Origin: Antechinus flavipes
Lineage: Eukaryota
Assembly: GCF_016432865.1 (NCBI RefSeq)
Contig: NC_067398.1
Coordinates: 163,928,001-163,992,000, forward strand
Length of the DNA: 64,000 bases
Direction: 5' to 3'
The position numbers and the translations under genes are program-made. Shown in pieces: positions 23,801 through 36,075 of the stretch. Below the pieces are notes generated by a model. It did not search any database. It was given only the letters and a program-made list of their open reading frames with translations, and was not told the origin of the DNA. The stretch's first letter is position 1. The number at the start of each line of letters is the position of its first letter.

Positions 23801-25111
23801 CAGAAATGATAACTGACATTTAGGAAACACTTTCTCAAAATAAACCTATTGATCAACTACCTGGCAATATAAATTCCTCATCTCCCTTATTTCCAGACAT
23901 TGATGGTTAAAACAATCTCCTTATCTTTGTTGTGGTTTCACTGAAGAGGTTTTTCAGTATTTTGATATTCAGTAAAACTAGTAGAGCAAGACTTCTGCTA
24001 ACATTTATAGAAAGAACATCAGCATTGACGGGAAACATTTTTTTGATTAAGTTTTGTGCATGAAGTAAAAAAAGAAGTAGGAATAAATAAAACTAATTTT
24101 TAAATTATAATAATAATTTATAATTACATATAATGTAAATAATATTGTGATAATAAAATATAATAAATTAAAGCTAAATTTAAGAAGTATTCTTTATTTA
24201 TTTTATCAAATCTTTTCCAATTACATTTTTAAAAATTTAACACACATTTTTTAGAATCTTGAGTTCCAAGTGCTCTTCCTTCTCAATCCCTTGAGAAAAT
24301 AATACATTGATTATACATAGGAAGTCATGAAAAAACATATTTACATAATAGCCATGTTAGACACACACACAAGAAAAAATCAAATGAAAACATATGATTC
24401 AATCTGCACTTGCTTCATCAGTTCTCTCTTTTTCATCATAAGTTCTTTAGAATTGTCTTGGATCATTGTATTGATCAGAGTAATTAAGTTAATCATTGTT
24501 ATGATATTACTATTACTGTGGACAATTCTCCCCTGGTTCTGTTCACTTAACTTTGCATCAAGTCATATAAGATTTCCCTGTTTTTTCTGAAACTGTCCTG
24601 CTGCTTATTAGCACAATAGTATTCCAGCACAATCATGTAACACAACTTGTTCAGCCAATTCTCAAATGATGGGCATTCCTTCAATTTTCAATTTTTTGTC
24701 ACTACAAAAAGAGCTGCTACAGATATTTTTATATACATAAGTCCTTTCTTTCTTTCTTTGATGTCTTTGACATATAAACCAAAGTCAAAGGATATACACA
24801 GCTTTGTAGCACTTTGGGCATAATTCCAAATTGTTTTCCGCAATGGTTAGACTAGTTGAAAACTCTACCAACAGTACATTAGTATCTCTATTTTTCTACA
24901 CCCTCTCCAACACTTTTCATTTTCCTTTTCTTTCATGTTAGCCAGCCTGATAAATGTGAGATGGGTAGTATCCTAGAGTTGTTTGAATTTATGTTTTTCC
25001 TAATGAATAGTGATTGAGAGCATTTTTTTCATGTGACTATTAATAAAAGATAAGGCAAATTGATAAAAATAAAGAAAAAGTCTGGTGTTAGGTGTATTAT
25101 TCCACAAACTT

Positions 25112-25113
<2 letters not shown>

Positions 25114-25158
<45 letters not shown>
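25114..25158. repeat. (AC)n microsatellite, about 22 units
   Basis: Perfect AC run read directly. Confidence 0.95.
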
Positions 25159-25159
<1 letters not shown>

Positions 25160-25351
25160 GCAAATCTTTTCAAATCTCTTCATGGAAAGCAAGTGTGATC
25201 ATTACAATTTCATAGTATTCAGTTTCTATTATTTTATTTTTGTTGTGCTCCTTTCTATTTACATTGTCATCATCATTGAGTATATTTTTAAAATTCTACT
25301 TATTTAACTTCGCATCATATTCATAATTTCTAATAACAGAATAACATTCTT

Positions 25352-25493
25352 TTCGTTATTGTTGTTTGTTTGTTTTGCTGAGACAATTGGGGTTAAGTGA
25401 CTTGCCCAGGGTCATACAGATAGAAAGTATTAAGTGTCGGAGGCCAGATTTGAAGTCATGTTCTCCTGACTTAAGGGCTGGTACTCTAGCCAT
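25352..25493 (-). mobile_element. WSINE1, 5'-truncated
   Basis: gagacaattggggttaagtgacttgcccagggtc. 14-bp TSD agaataacattctt (25338-25351 and 25494-25507). Confidence 0.85.
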
Positions 25494-26790
25494 AGAATAA
25501 CATTCTTCAAATTAATGTACAACTTATTTGATTATTCCACAGTAAGTGGGTTGCAATTTTCCCTCCAGTTCTTTGTTACTTATGTGCTGCCATACATATT
25601 TGATATATAGAATATAATGCCTTTCTTTTTGCCATTATTTTCTCTTTATATATACTTAACAGTGGAATCTATTGGTCAAAAGTTACAGACATTTTAGTCA
25701 TTGTCTTAGAATAATTCCAGTTTGTTTTTCAGATAAATTCACAGCTTTACCATTGTCATTAATTAGTATGTCCATTTTTCTATAATTCCTCCAACAATGG
25801 TTTTTTTTTCCATCTTTTATAATGTTGCTAGTTTGCTAAGTGTGAGTTAAAATCTCAGAATTGCTTTGATTCACATTTCTTTATAGTAGTGATTTGAAAC
25901 ATTCTTTTACAATTTTTAATAATTCTTCTTTTAAGAACTTTATTCATATTCTTTAAACACATATCTATTAAGAATAGTTTCTGATCTTATTCATTTCTGT
26001 TAATTGTCTATATATTTTGGATATTAGACACTTATGAAAGATATTTGATACAGAGTTTTTTTTCCCCACCTAACCATGTCCCTTTTGATATTAGTTGCAT
26101 TTTTTAATGTACAAGTTTCTCAATTTCTCATAGTCAAGATTATTTCATCTTTCACAATTGCCTCTATCTTTTGTTTAGTTAAATATTTATTCCTTGTGCA
26201 AAGGTATAAGATTAATTTCTCTTTTTAAAAGGAATTATCTTTAATATTCAGGCTACAAATTCATTTTTGAACTGATTGTTGTATATGGCATAAAATGCAG
26301 ATCAAAACCTAATTTCTGCTTACTTTTCTGTTTTCTCAGAAAATGATTTTGTTTCCTACATAACTTATATTTTCTGGTTTCTAATTCCTTCTGGTATAAT
26401 ATGTTTTATTTTTCTGCTTTTTAATTTCTACCAAATAGTTTTGCTGAATGTTGCTATATGATATAATTTGAAGTATATAAGTACTATTCCCCCTTCATTC
26501 CTAACTTTTAATATTATTTCCCTTGATATTCTGAATCAGGAGTTCTTAAGCATTTTTTCTGTCATGAACCCCTCTGGCAATCTGGTAACATGTATATATC
26601 TTTTTTTAGAATTTTAAAAAATATAATGGAAATCATAAATGAATTCTTTAAAAAAAAAGAATAATTTTAAAAAGAAATTCATGGACCCCACATTAAAAGT
26701 CTCACTATTTTTTTCCTTCAAATGAATTTTATTGTGTTGATTCTTTAAAATATCTCTTTGATCTCATATCATATATGAAAATAAGGTTCA

Positions 26791-26936
26791 GAGACAGTGA
26801 GGTGGTGCTGTGGATAGAGTGCCAGCCCTGAAGTCGGGAAGACCTGAGTTCAAATGTGATCTCAGACACTTAATACTTCCTAGCTGTGTGACCCTAGGCA
26901 AGTCACTTAACCTCAATTGCCTCAGAAAAAGAAAAA
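26791..26936 (+). mobile_element. WSINE1, full length
   Basis: gtggatagagtgccagccctgaagtcgggaagacctgagttcaaat...cctcaattgcctcag plus A-tail. TSD gaaaataaggttca / gaaaatgaggttca. Confidence 0.9.
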
Positions 26937-26944
26937 GAAAATGA

Positions 26945-28500
26945 GGTTCAATTATTTTGGAGAACAATTTGTAAATGGGTCCAAAAGATTATAAAATGGT
27001 GCATACTCTTTCACCCAAGTTTGTAACTCAAACAAAGGGGGAAACGATTCATATATACAATTATTTTTAGAAGTTCTTTTTGTATTGGTGTGAGGAGATG
27101 CCCATCAATTAGGGAGTAGTTGAACATGTTGTGGTATATAATTGTGATGGAATATTATTATGCTATATGAAATGAAGAGCGGGATGGTTTCATAAAAACT
27201 TGAAAAGCATAATAGGAATGATGCAAAGTGAAGCGGGACAAAATTAGAAAAATGTCGCTCTCTGTGACAATAATATTATAACAATGATCAACTGTGAAAG
27301 ACTTAGTAATTCTGATCAATACAATCCAAGACAATTCCAAAGAACTCTTAATGAAAAATGCTATCTACCTCCAGAGAAAGAACTAATGAACTCAAGTGTG
27401 GAGTGAATCATAATTTTTTCACTTTCTTTATATATTTTTTTCCTTTTCTGCAATGTAGTTAATATGGAAATATGTTTGCATTACTTCACATGTATGACTA
27501 CTATCATATTGCTTGCCTTCTCAAAAGAGGGGTAGAAGGGAGAGAGAGAATTTAGAACTCAAATTTCTTTTTTAAAAAACAAATGTTAAAAAAAATTAAG
27601 GGAACATTTTGTAATTTTATCTATATAAGTATTGAAGTTTTTGTTTTTAATATATTGCCTCCCAGCCATTCTATGCTTTTTGTAATTATTTTAAAATAAT
27701 TTAAAAATTAAAATATATTTAAAATTTTAAATTCTATTACTGCCTTTCATGTTTTGTTATTGTTACAAAGAAATACAGTTGCTTTTTGTGGGCTTGAAGT
27801 CTGAAATCTTACCAAAACTAGTAATTAAATCAAATTTCTTTACTGATTCTCTAGGATTTTCTGAGCAAATCACACCATGTCATAAGGTAACTAGGATATT
27901 TTACAAATCCCTGGCTTATCTTTATGCCTTTAATTTTTTTCTCTTCTCATTGATATAAAGAGTATTTCTATTCATATTTGAAGAAATAATTAAGAAAATC
28001 AAAGGAAAATATTATGTCAAATAATAACTGGAAAGGAGGTATCCTTGTTTTATTCCAATATATTGTTTTTTTGAAAATCTAATTTTTTATGACATATAAT
28101 ACTAGGTTCAAGTTTTACTACATTTTACTATACTAAATGAAGATTCTCTTATGCCTGTACTTTGTAGATGAGTATTATGTTTTATCAAAGGCTTTAAATT
28201 TTTTTTGCACCTATCAATATAATCATATGGTTTTACATGTTTTTGGTTTTAATATGATTACATAAACTGTTTTCCTAATGTTGAAGCATCTTTGAGTTCC
28301 TGGTGTAAATCAAAATTGTCAATAGTAAGTAAATTTTTAAAAGAAAAAATTGCTATTATCTTTTTTTAGTCTTTTATTTAAATTTTCAAGGGAATATTTA
28401 TGATTAATATTGGTTTGTAGTACTTTTCCTTTGCTTTATCTTCCTCCAAGTGTTAATTTATTGAAAATACATGTGTTTCATAAAATAAGTTTTCCCAATT
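26945..28500. mobile_element. Old L1 3' end (+, about 26945-27600) followed by an L1 ORF2 fragment (-, about 27600-28500)
   Basis: Plus: ORF2 C-terminal motifs and 3' UTR. Minus: antisense RT-region sequence (ttgaagcatctttgagttcctgg). Confidence 0.6.
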
Positions 28501-28519
28501 TTTGAAAATCAAATGTTTC

Positions 28520-29300
28520 CCCCTCCAAAAAAATCAACAAACAGAGATGTGATTCCTTGCAGAAAGTCATCCTAGAAAGACAACCTGTTACTTTTCCATA
28601 TTTTCATTGAGGACCCCTTTATACATATATGAACCATCCTCATAAAAATTTTATAAAAATCAAAAACATGAACCAATAGTTTTTGACATCATTTTTTCCC
28701 TTTCTCTTTTAATGTTAGCTATTAAAATTGTACTGCTTTCAAGCATAGCTCCCTTGATTTTGTTACTGGTCAGCCCTGTATATTTTCTTCCCAATTTAAT
28801 CTTCTTTTGTGACATGGATATTTCTTCACAAAGTATATTGAGAATCAAGTCCAAATGTTATCATTTTCCCATTGGCTGTAATTAGGGGAAAACCTATTAT
28901 AAAACCAGGCAGATCTATCTCATTTAGAATTTCTTTGCTTTCCTCTTTCTGATTTTATTTATAAATGCTCTCAGAATAATCTGTCAGAATCGTGTACTAA
29001 GTAAGCACTGTGCCATATATTTTCAACTATTTGTTACTGTTTTGTGTTTCTTTTGGTTTTCATATCATCTGATTAGCAAGGAGATTAAATGTTTATCATA
29101 TGGTTTCTGGCCTCTTTTGGTTTCATCAATGTATTTAATTGACAGAAAAAGTAAACCTCTCTAAGTGATTATGATAGATGTCTTTAATTCTACTCATTTG
29201 CCATTTTTCAGAATTGCAATTCACTTAAAGATCATGTAAAAGCTGGAGTACTAAAAATGCCATATCTTCTCATCTTTATCCTTTTTTTTTTCTTATTTGA
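28520..29300 (-). mobile_element. Decayed RTE-clade LINE reverse-transcriptase relic
   Basis: Minus frames give KYTGLTSNKIKGAML (cf. KAPGPD) and FYKIFMRMVHICIKGVLNEN..QVVF (cf. LYKIFxRII..RI..ILDE..EQAGF). This explains ORF 28660..28854. Confidence 0.6.
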
Positions 29301-30225
29301 TATTTATGTTGACCTCTGTGGTAAGTAATCAAGATCTGACTATCCTCAAACAAGTATGTTTCAGGATGTTACCAAGATTGATTTGTGTATAAGAAATTAC
29401 ATGGGCCTCCAATTAAGGTGGTCCTAGCCAACCTAATTCTTCTCCTAAAAAAAATCTCAGAAAAAATTAAAAAAGAGAAATACCAGTTAGCTCCTTCATC
29501 TATTCCAGGATAATACAAGTAGATATCCAAAGATTTCATTTCCTTTGATCAGGGCTGTTCCAGGAATGGCAGTTAAATGTTAAAGGGGAGGCTGAAGTTT
29601 GTGAGGACACTAATGGGAATTGGCGAGTTAAAGGCTAGACCAATAAACAGGCCCCCAAAACAGTGGAATCTCAGCCCTGGCAATATCAAGAAATGATGTT
29701 ATGCTTAATAGATCAAAACCACAGGAGACAGCAATAGCTGAATCTTTTCAGGGGGAGGGAAGGAAAGGGAGCTTGCAAGGAAGGTGGCAACCAGAGTCCA
29801 GGAGGCCCGATATTAGTGTGATCTTCAGTAACTAGTTGGGATCTGTCAGGATTACAAGAGGGCTTTGGAGTCAGCTCCTAGTGTATGATTGCACAAGCAG
29901 AAGACAGGCAGGACCAAGGCTAGCACCCACATGTTCTAGGAGATGGAGGAAGAAGTCAGGGATTGCTCCAGAAGGCAAAGCCTCTCCTCCTTAGGCACCA
30001 TATTCTGCAAAAACTAGGATGGAGCCAACTAGGATCTGCTTTCAAGACTTCATGCAGGCGCATATCAAGAGAGATTAGAGTTAGTTGTCAAAGTCTGAAA
30101 CTGCTTTGAAGTCAGGTCTTTTTGACTCCAAGTCCAATGCCCCATCCACTAAAAGTCTGCTCCCTTTTCACATTTAATTCTGTGTTTGGAAGGTCTAAAT
30201 CCATTTTTAAAAATGACAATTCCTT

Positions 30226-30747
30226 ATTATTGTTCTGTAAGAAATGACCAGCAGGATGAATACAGAAAAACTTGGAGAGACTTACATGAACTGATGCTGA
30301 GTGAAATAAGCAGAACCAGGAGATCATTATATACTTCAACAACAACACTGTATGAGGGTGTATTCTGATGGAAGTGGATTTCTTTGACAAAGAGAAGATC
30401 TAAATCAGTTTCAATTGATCAATGATGGAGAGAAGCAGATACACCCAAAGAAGGAACACTGGGAAACGAATGTAAACTGTTTGTATTTTTGTTTTTCTTC
30501 CCGGATTATTTCTACCTTCTGAATCCAACTCTCCCTGTTCAACAAGAGAACTGTTTAGTTCTGCAAACATATATTGTCTCTAGGATATGCTTTAACATGT
30601 ATAGGACTGCTTGCCATCTTGGGGAGGGGTGGAGGGAGGGAAGGGAAAAATCGGAACAGAAGAGAGTGCAAGGGATAATGTTGTAAAAAATTACCCTGGC
30701 ATGGTTCTATCAATAAAAAGTTATTTTAAAAAATTAAAATTAAAATT
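30226..30747 (+). mobile_element. Relatively young 5'-truncated L1 (ORF2 C-terminus plus 3' UTR)
   Basis: RNDQQDEYRKTWRDLHELMLSEISRTRRSLYTSTTTLYEGVF* with TGA at 30366-30368. TSD aaaatga(c/t)aattcctt (30210-30225 and 30748-30763). Confidence 0.9.
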
Positions 30748-30849
30748 AAAATGATAATTCCTTGCATAATTTCTCCTTTCTTCTAGTGTTCTAAATACAT
30801 ATGCTATGTTATCTTGACATGAATTCCATTGGCTCTGGATAACTGCCAT

Positions 30850-31345
30850 AATAAAACATAAAATCCTCTGTTTTTAAAACATTCCATAACCCAATCCATT
30901 CCTACTTTTACATTCTTCTTAAACCACATTCCCTTCCATGTACTCTGTAAACAAGTGACAATGGCATCCCTGCTGTTCTAACACATGACACTCTATTTCC
31001 CCACTCAGTACATGGGCTTAGGACATTGTCTAGCTGAATCTCATGCCTAGAATGCTCTCTTTCATCTCCACCTCCTGACTTCCCAGATTTCTTTTAAATT
31101 TCAGCTGACATCCTGCCTTCTACAAGAAATCTTCCCCAGTCTTCCTAAATCTTAGTTCCTTCCCTCTGAGACTCTCTCTCATTTTTCCTATAGATATCTT
31201 GTTGATACATAATTGTTCACATGTTGTCCCCCCATATATTGTTTGTAGTTCCTTGAGACAAGAAATTAGATTTTGTCTTTTTGCAACTGTGTTTAGCACA
31301 GTGCCTAGCACACAGTAGATAGTTAATAAATGCTAGTTCAACTGA
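30850..31345 (+). mobile_element. L2 LINE 3' end
   Basis: Ends ...ttagcacagtgcctagcacacagtagatagttaataaatgc. Confidence 0.75.
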
Positions 31346-31476
31346 ATATATAAAGGCAAATAATGAAGTGTTGGTTTTAGTAAGCAACAGAGAAAGAGCA
31401 TTCGGTAATCCATTTCCTATATTTTTCATTCCCACCACACTGTCCCAGTCATCATCACTTAAAAGACACAGCTCTC

Positions 31477-32250
31477 CAAATTGGAACTATGCCCAAAGGG
31501 CTATCAAACTGTGCATGGCCTTTGATCCAGCAATGTCTCTACTGGGCTTATATCACAAGGAGATCTTAAAGGAGGAAAAGGAACTCACATGTGCAAAAAT
31601 GTTTGTGGCAGCCCTTTTTGTAGTGGCAAGAACCTGGAAACTGGGTGAATGAAATAAGTTGGCTGGATAAGTTATGGTACATGAATATAAAGGAACATAT
31701 TGTTCTATAAGAAATGATCATCAGGATGATTTCAGAGAGGCCTGGAGATACTTACATGAACTGATGCTAAGTGAAATGAGTAGAACCAGGAGATCACTGT
31801 ACATAGCAACAGCAAGATTATTTAATGATCAGTTCTGACGCACATGGCTCTTTTCAACAGGGGGGTGATTTAGTCTTGTGATGGAGAGAGTCATCTCAAA
31901 AAATTTGAGAGAGAGAGAGAGAGAAATGTGGGGACTGAGTGTAGATCACAACATAGCATTTTCACCTTTTTTGTTGTTTGATTACTTTTTGTTTTCTTTC
32001 TCATTTTTTCCTTTTTTAATTTGATTTTTCTTGTGCAGCATGATAATTGTGGAAATATGTATAGAAGAATTGCACATGTCTAACACATATTACTTGCCAT
32101 CTAGGGGAGAAGAGAAGAGGAAGGGAGGGAAAAAATTTGGAACAAAAGGTTTTGCAAGGGTGAATGTTGAAAACTATCTGTGCATGTTTTGAAAATAAAA
32201 AGCTTTAATAAAAAAGAAAAAATGTTAAAAAGAATTTATGACTCTAAAAA
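31477..32250 (+). mobile_element. 5'-truncated L1 3' end
   Basis: ORF2 C-terminal motifs, 3' UTR and A-tail. Perfect 16-bp TSD aaaagacacagctctc (31461-31476 and 32251-32266). Confidence 0.9.
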
Positions 32251-32339
32251 AAAAGACACAGCTCTCTGAAATTCAAGGGAATCTAGCAATTTATTTCCAT
32301 CTGTTTGGATGTTAGCATTTGCATCCTCTTTGTATGAAT

Positions 32340-32520
32340 TGTTGTTGTTTGTCCTTCATTTCATAAGAGGACCATGACATCAGGAAGATGATGTCATGAC
32401 TTGTAAGTGAATTAGATTTGTGAGGCTGGGCTATGCAAAGCCATCAGCCTAATTCTCTCCCCCTGATCTATCTGGGTCCAGTGGCAAGATATAAATCAAA
32501 ATGACTGAGATGGCCCCCTC
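32340..32520 (-). mobile_element. RTE-derived SINE (WALLSI-type); further copies at about 41205-41372 (+), 53810-53990 (-) and 62970-63422 (+)
   Basis: gttgttgtttgtccttc...gaggaccatgacatcagg...gtgaattagattt...ccagtggcaagatat. Confidence 0.7.
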
Positions 32521-33155
32521 ATGTGAATTACATTGAGTGAAACTGAAGGGAAAAATATATCACCAACTGTGATACATAATCAGGCAGAATAGCTCTTACT
32601 AATGTTCCCTGTGCTTTCACCAAATTATAGTACATTTACTCTGACTTCTGAGCAAGGCTCAAATTTTATCTCCAGGATATTCAGAGCAATATCTTGGACT
32701 TAACCAGGTTAAAGGAAAAATATCTTAGAGGCTCAGATCCTCTAATTTTTAAAAATATTTATTGTGAATTTAATAATCATCATCATACTAATATTTCAGC
32801 ATTCAAAGAGAACAAGGAAAAGGTTTAAGAAATAATTAATTTCTGTTACATATAGGAAATTGTTATACAGTTTAGTATTTAAGAAATTGACACATCTGGG
32901 TCTCATTTAATGCAAATAGTAAATCCCCTAAATCTGATGTGGCTGAATTATTTGAGGTCACACTGAATGTTTGCATCATATTAGAATGGATTACCATATT
33001 TTACATAATTATAACTTTGAAAGTACACATTCAAAAGTAGGCAATGACTTTAGGGGATTCATTATTCATACTAATTGGGATCTCTTATAGTTAGATATAT
33101 ACAAAAATGTGATAGCAGACAGAGAGAACAGGTAAATAGGTATGATAGTAAATGG

Positions 33156-33206
33156 TTAGATAGATAGATAGATACATACATACATACATACATAGATACA
33201 TAGATA
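33156..33206. repeat. Compound (TAGA)n/(TACA)n microsatellite
   Basis: tagatagatagatagatacatacatacatacatacatagatacatagata read directly. Confidence 0.9.
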
Positions 33207-33805
33207 AAATCTATCACTATTCACTAATTTACCAAACCAGAAGCCCTTCAAATGGTCCAGCAAAATAAATCAATACATTGGTCTTATCTGACAATGCCTG
33301 TTTTATTCTGCATCTCTAATCTATCATAACTCTGTCAAGAGGTAGAAAGAATGCTTCCTCATTAGTCATTCAAATCTAGACACTTCTTTGATGCTTTCTA
33401 GGAAATATAAAAAATCTAGACAGAAGGTATAATTATATTCAGAAGTCTATATGTACAAAAATGCACACAGGTGGAGGATTAAAAAATAAAAATAAAAATT
33501 GCAGGGAAACTTGATGGTTTATGGTTACCAGATCACATGGAAATAATGTGAAAATGTCATTTAATCAACTCCCTTGGGATTTTGTCAGGATACTTCTGCT
33601 TTTGTACTAAGTGCTCAATTTTTTGACAAGAAATCAAAGAAAACCATTTAGACATAACAGGGCAGCTTTACATTCATTGATGAGATCAGAGAATAAACAT
33701 TTCTTTCTTACTCTATTGAGATTGTGGGCTGTAATAGTGAAGGGGACCATTGTCTTTGCTTGAGTGCAATGTTCCTAGCCCCTAACTATTAGAAGCAACA
33801 GGGTA

Positions 33806-34127
33806 CAGTTATCCTTTCCACATTGTAGGGGGTGGGGGTGAAGCATCTCCACAATCTGGAAAATCCATGTAAATTTTTTTTGGCTCTCCCAGAGAAAAAA
33901 TCTCTGAGTTTTGCAGATTTCCTTCTCTTTTTCTTAATATTATACAATTTATGTATATATTTTATGCATTTTTTAGTTTCTTAACTTTTTCTGTGTCATC
34001 TGCTGACTTTTGTGTATCATCTGTAGCTTTTGCAAAATTTTTCAAAAGTTTTCTTTTAATTTCTTATGTTAATCTGCGATATATCAAAACTGTGATGGGA
34101 AAAGTTATGATATGGAAAGGATACCTA
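33806..34127. mobile_element. Tc1/mariner (Tigger-like) MITE
   Basis: TIRs cagttatcctttccaca / tatggaaaggataccta, with TA on both sides (33804-33805 and 34128-34129). Confidence 0.75.
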
Positions 34128-34314
34128 TATAAATTTCTGATACAGGAATTATCTTCTGTCCCTTAATATCTCAAAGAAACTTGAATCTCATCTTGAATGT
34201 GCATATCCCTTTCAAAAATACAGGTACAACCTTCTACATCTTCTGAGACCCTTTGACTCTCCATGATGTTTTCATTATAGCAGGTAATTTGATGCAGTTA
34301 AAAGTGTGTTGGAT

Positions 34315-36075
34315 CATTCTGGAGAACAATTTGGAATTATGCTGAAAGGGTGATGAAACTGCATACCCTAAATTGTGGTATATGAATGTTATGGAATATT
34401 ATTGCTCTGTAAGGAATGACCAGCAGGATGAATACAGAGAGGCTTGGAGAGACCTACATGGACTGATGCTAAGTGAGATGAGCAGAACCAGGAGATCATT
34501 ATACACTTCGACAACGATATTGTATGAGGATGTATTCTGATGGAAGTGGATTTCTCTGACAAAGAGACTTAACTGAGTTTCATTGGAGAAATGATGGACA
34601 GAAACAGCTACACCCAAAGAAGGAATACTGGGAAATGAATGTGAACTATTTGCATTTTTGATTTTCTTCCCGAGTTATTTTTACCTTCTGAATCCAATTC
34701 TCCCTGTGCAACAAGAGAACTGTTTGGTTCTGCAAATATGTATTGTATCTAGGATATACTGCAACATGTTTAGCATATATAGGACTGCTTGCCATCCTGG
34801 GGGGGGGGAGGAGGGAGGGAGGGGAAAAAACGAAACATAAGTGATTGCAAGGGATAATGTCGTGTAGAAATTATCCTGGCATGGATTCTGTCAATGCGAA
34901 GTTATTATTAAATAAAATAAAATTTATTATTAAAAAAAAAAAAAAAAAAAAAAGAAACTGCATACCCTTTAATCCAGCATTCTCACTATTGGGTCTGTAT
35001 CCCAAAGAAATCATAAAATAGGGGGAAAGGATTCACATGTGCAAAAATGTTTGTGGCAGCCCTCTTTGTAGTGGCAAGGAACTGGACAGTGAGTAGATGC
35101 CCATCAGTTGGAGAATGGCTGACAAGTTATGGCATTTGAATGAAATGATATACTACTGTGCTATAAGAAATGATGATCAGACTGATTTCAGAAAAGCCTG
35201 GAAATACTTACATGAACTGATGCTGAGTAAAGTAAACAGAACCAAGAGAACATGGTAAATAGTAACAAGATTATGTGATGATCAATCCTGGTGGACTTGG
35301 CTCTTCTTTACAATGCAGTGATTCAAGGAAATTCCAATAGATTTGGGATGAAAAACACCACCTGCATCCAGAGAGAGAATTATGTAGACTGAATGTGAAT
35401 CAAACTATACTATTTTCACCTTTTTGTTTATTTGCTTTTTTCTTTCTCATAATTTTTTTCCTTTTGGTCTGATTTTTCTTGTGCAGCACGACAAATATGG
35501 AAATATCTTTATTTTTTTCTTTTTCTTTATTTTTTTAAAATAACTTTTTATTGACAGAACCCATGCCAGGGTAATTTTTTACAGCATTATCCCCTGCATT
35601 CACTTCTGTTCCGATTTTTCTCCTCCCTCCCTCCACCCCCGTCCCCAGATGGCAAGCAGTCCTTTACATGTTGAATAGGTTACAGTATATCCTAGATACA
35701 ATATATGTTTGCAGAACCAAACAGTTCTCTTGTTGCACAGGGAGAATTGGATTCAGAAGGTATAAATAACCCGGAAAGAAAAACAAAAATGCAAGCAGTT
35801 TATATTCATTTCCCAGTGTTCTTTCTTTGGGTGTAGCTGCTTCTGTTCATCCTTGATCAATTGAAATTGAATTAGCTCTCTTTCTCGAAGAAATCCACTG
35901 GAAATATCTTTAAAAGGATTGTACATATTTAACCTATATCAGATTGCTTCCTCTCTTGAAAAGAGAGAAGACAAGTGAGAAAGAGGGGGAAATTTGGAAC
36001 ACAAAGTCTTATAAAAATGAATGTTAAAAACTATCTTTACATGAGTTTGGAAAAATAAAATATTATTGAGGGGGA
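34315..36075 (+). mobile_element. Older L1 3' end carrying two younger L1 inserts: 34370-34953 (+) and 35512-35898 (-)
   Basis: Perfect TSDs gaaactgcataccct (34355-34369 and 34954-34968) and tggaaatatcttta (35498-35511 and 35899-35912). Confidence 0.9.

Larger units (their letters stand above)
24190..26760 (-). mobile_element. Stacked older L1 fragments with (AC)n, WSINE1 and hAT inserts
   Basis: Repeated antisense L1 ORF2-end and 3' UTR motifs (cacaacttgttcagccaatt, gggcattccttcaattttc, gctaagtgtgagttaaaatctcag). Confidence 0.65.

Noticed and set aside
23398-23830. Three overlapping ORFs of 86-137 aa
   Set aside because: Artefacts of the stop-poor GA-rich low-complexity tract.
26791-26936. 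tRNA-like A/B boxes
   Set aside because: This is the head of a WSINE1 SINE with an A-tail and TSD, not a tRNA gene. The same applies to the other SINE heads.
29549-30080. Plus frame with only about 4 stops in ~175 codons
   Set aside because: Not clearly different from chance at this GC content, and no protein similarity was recognised.
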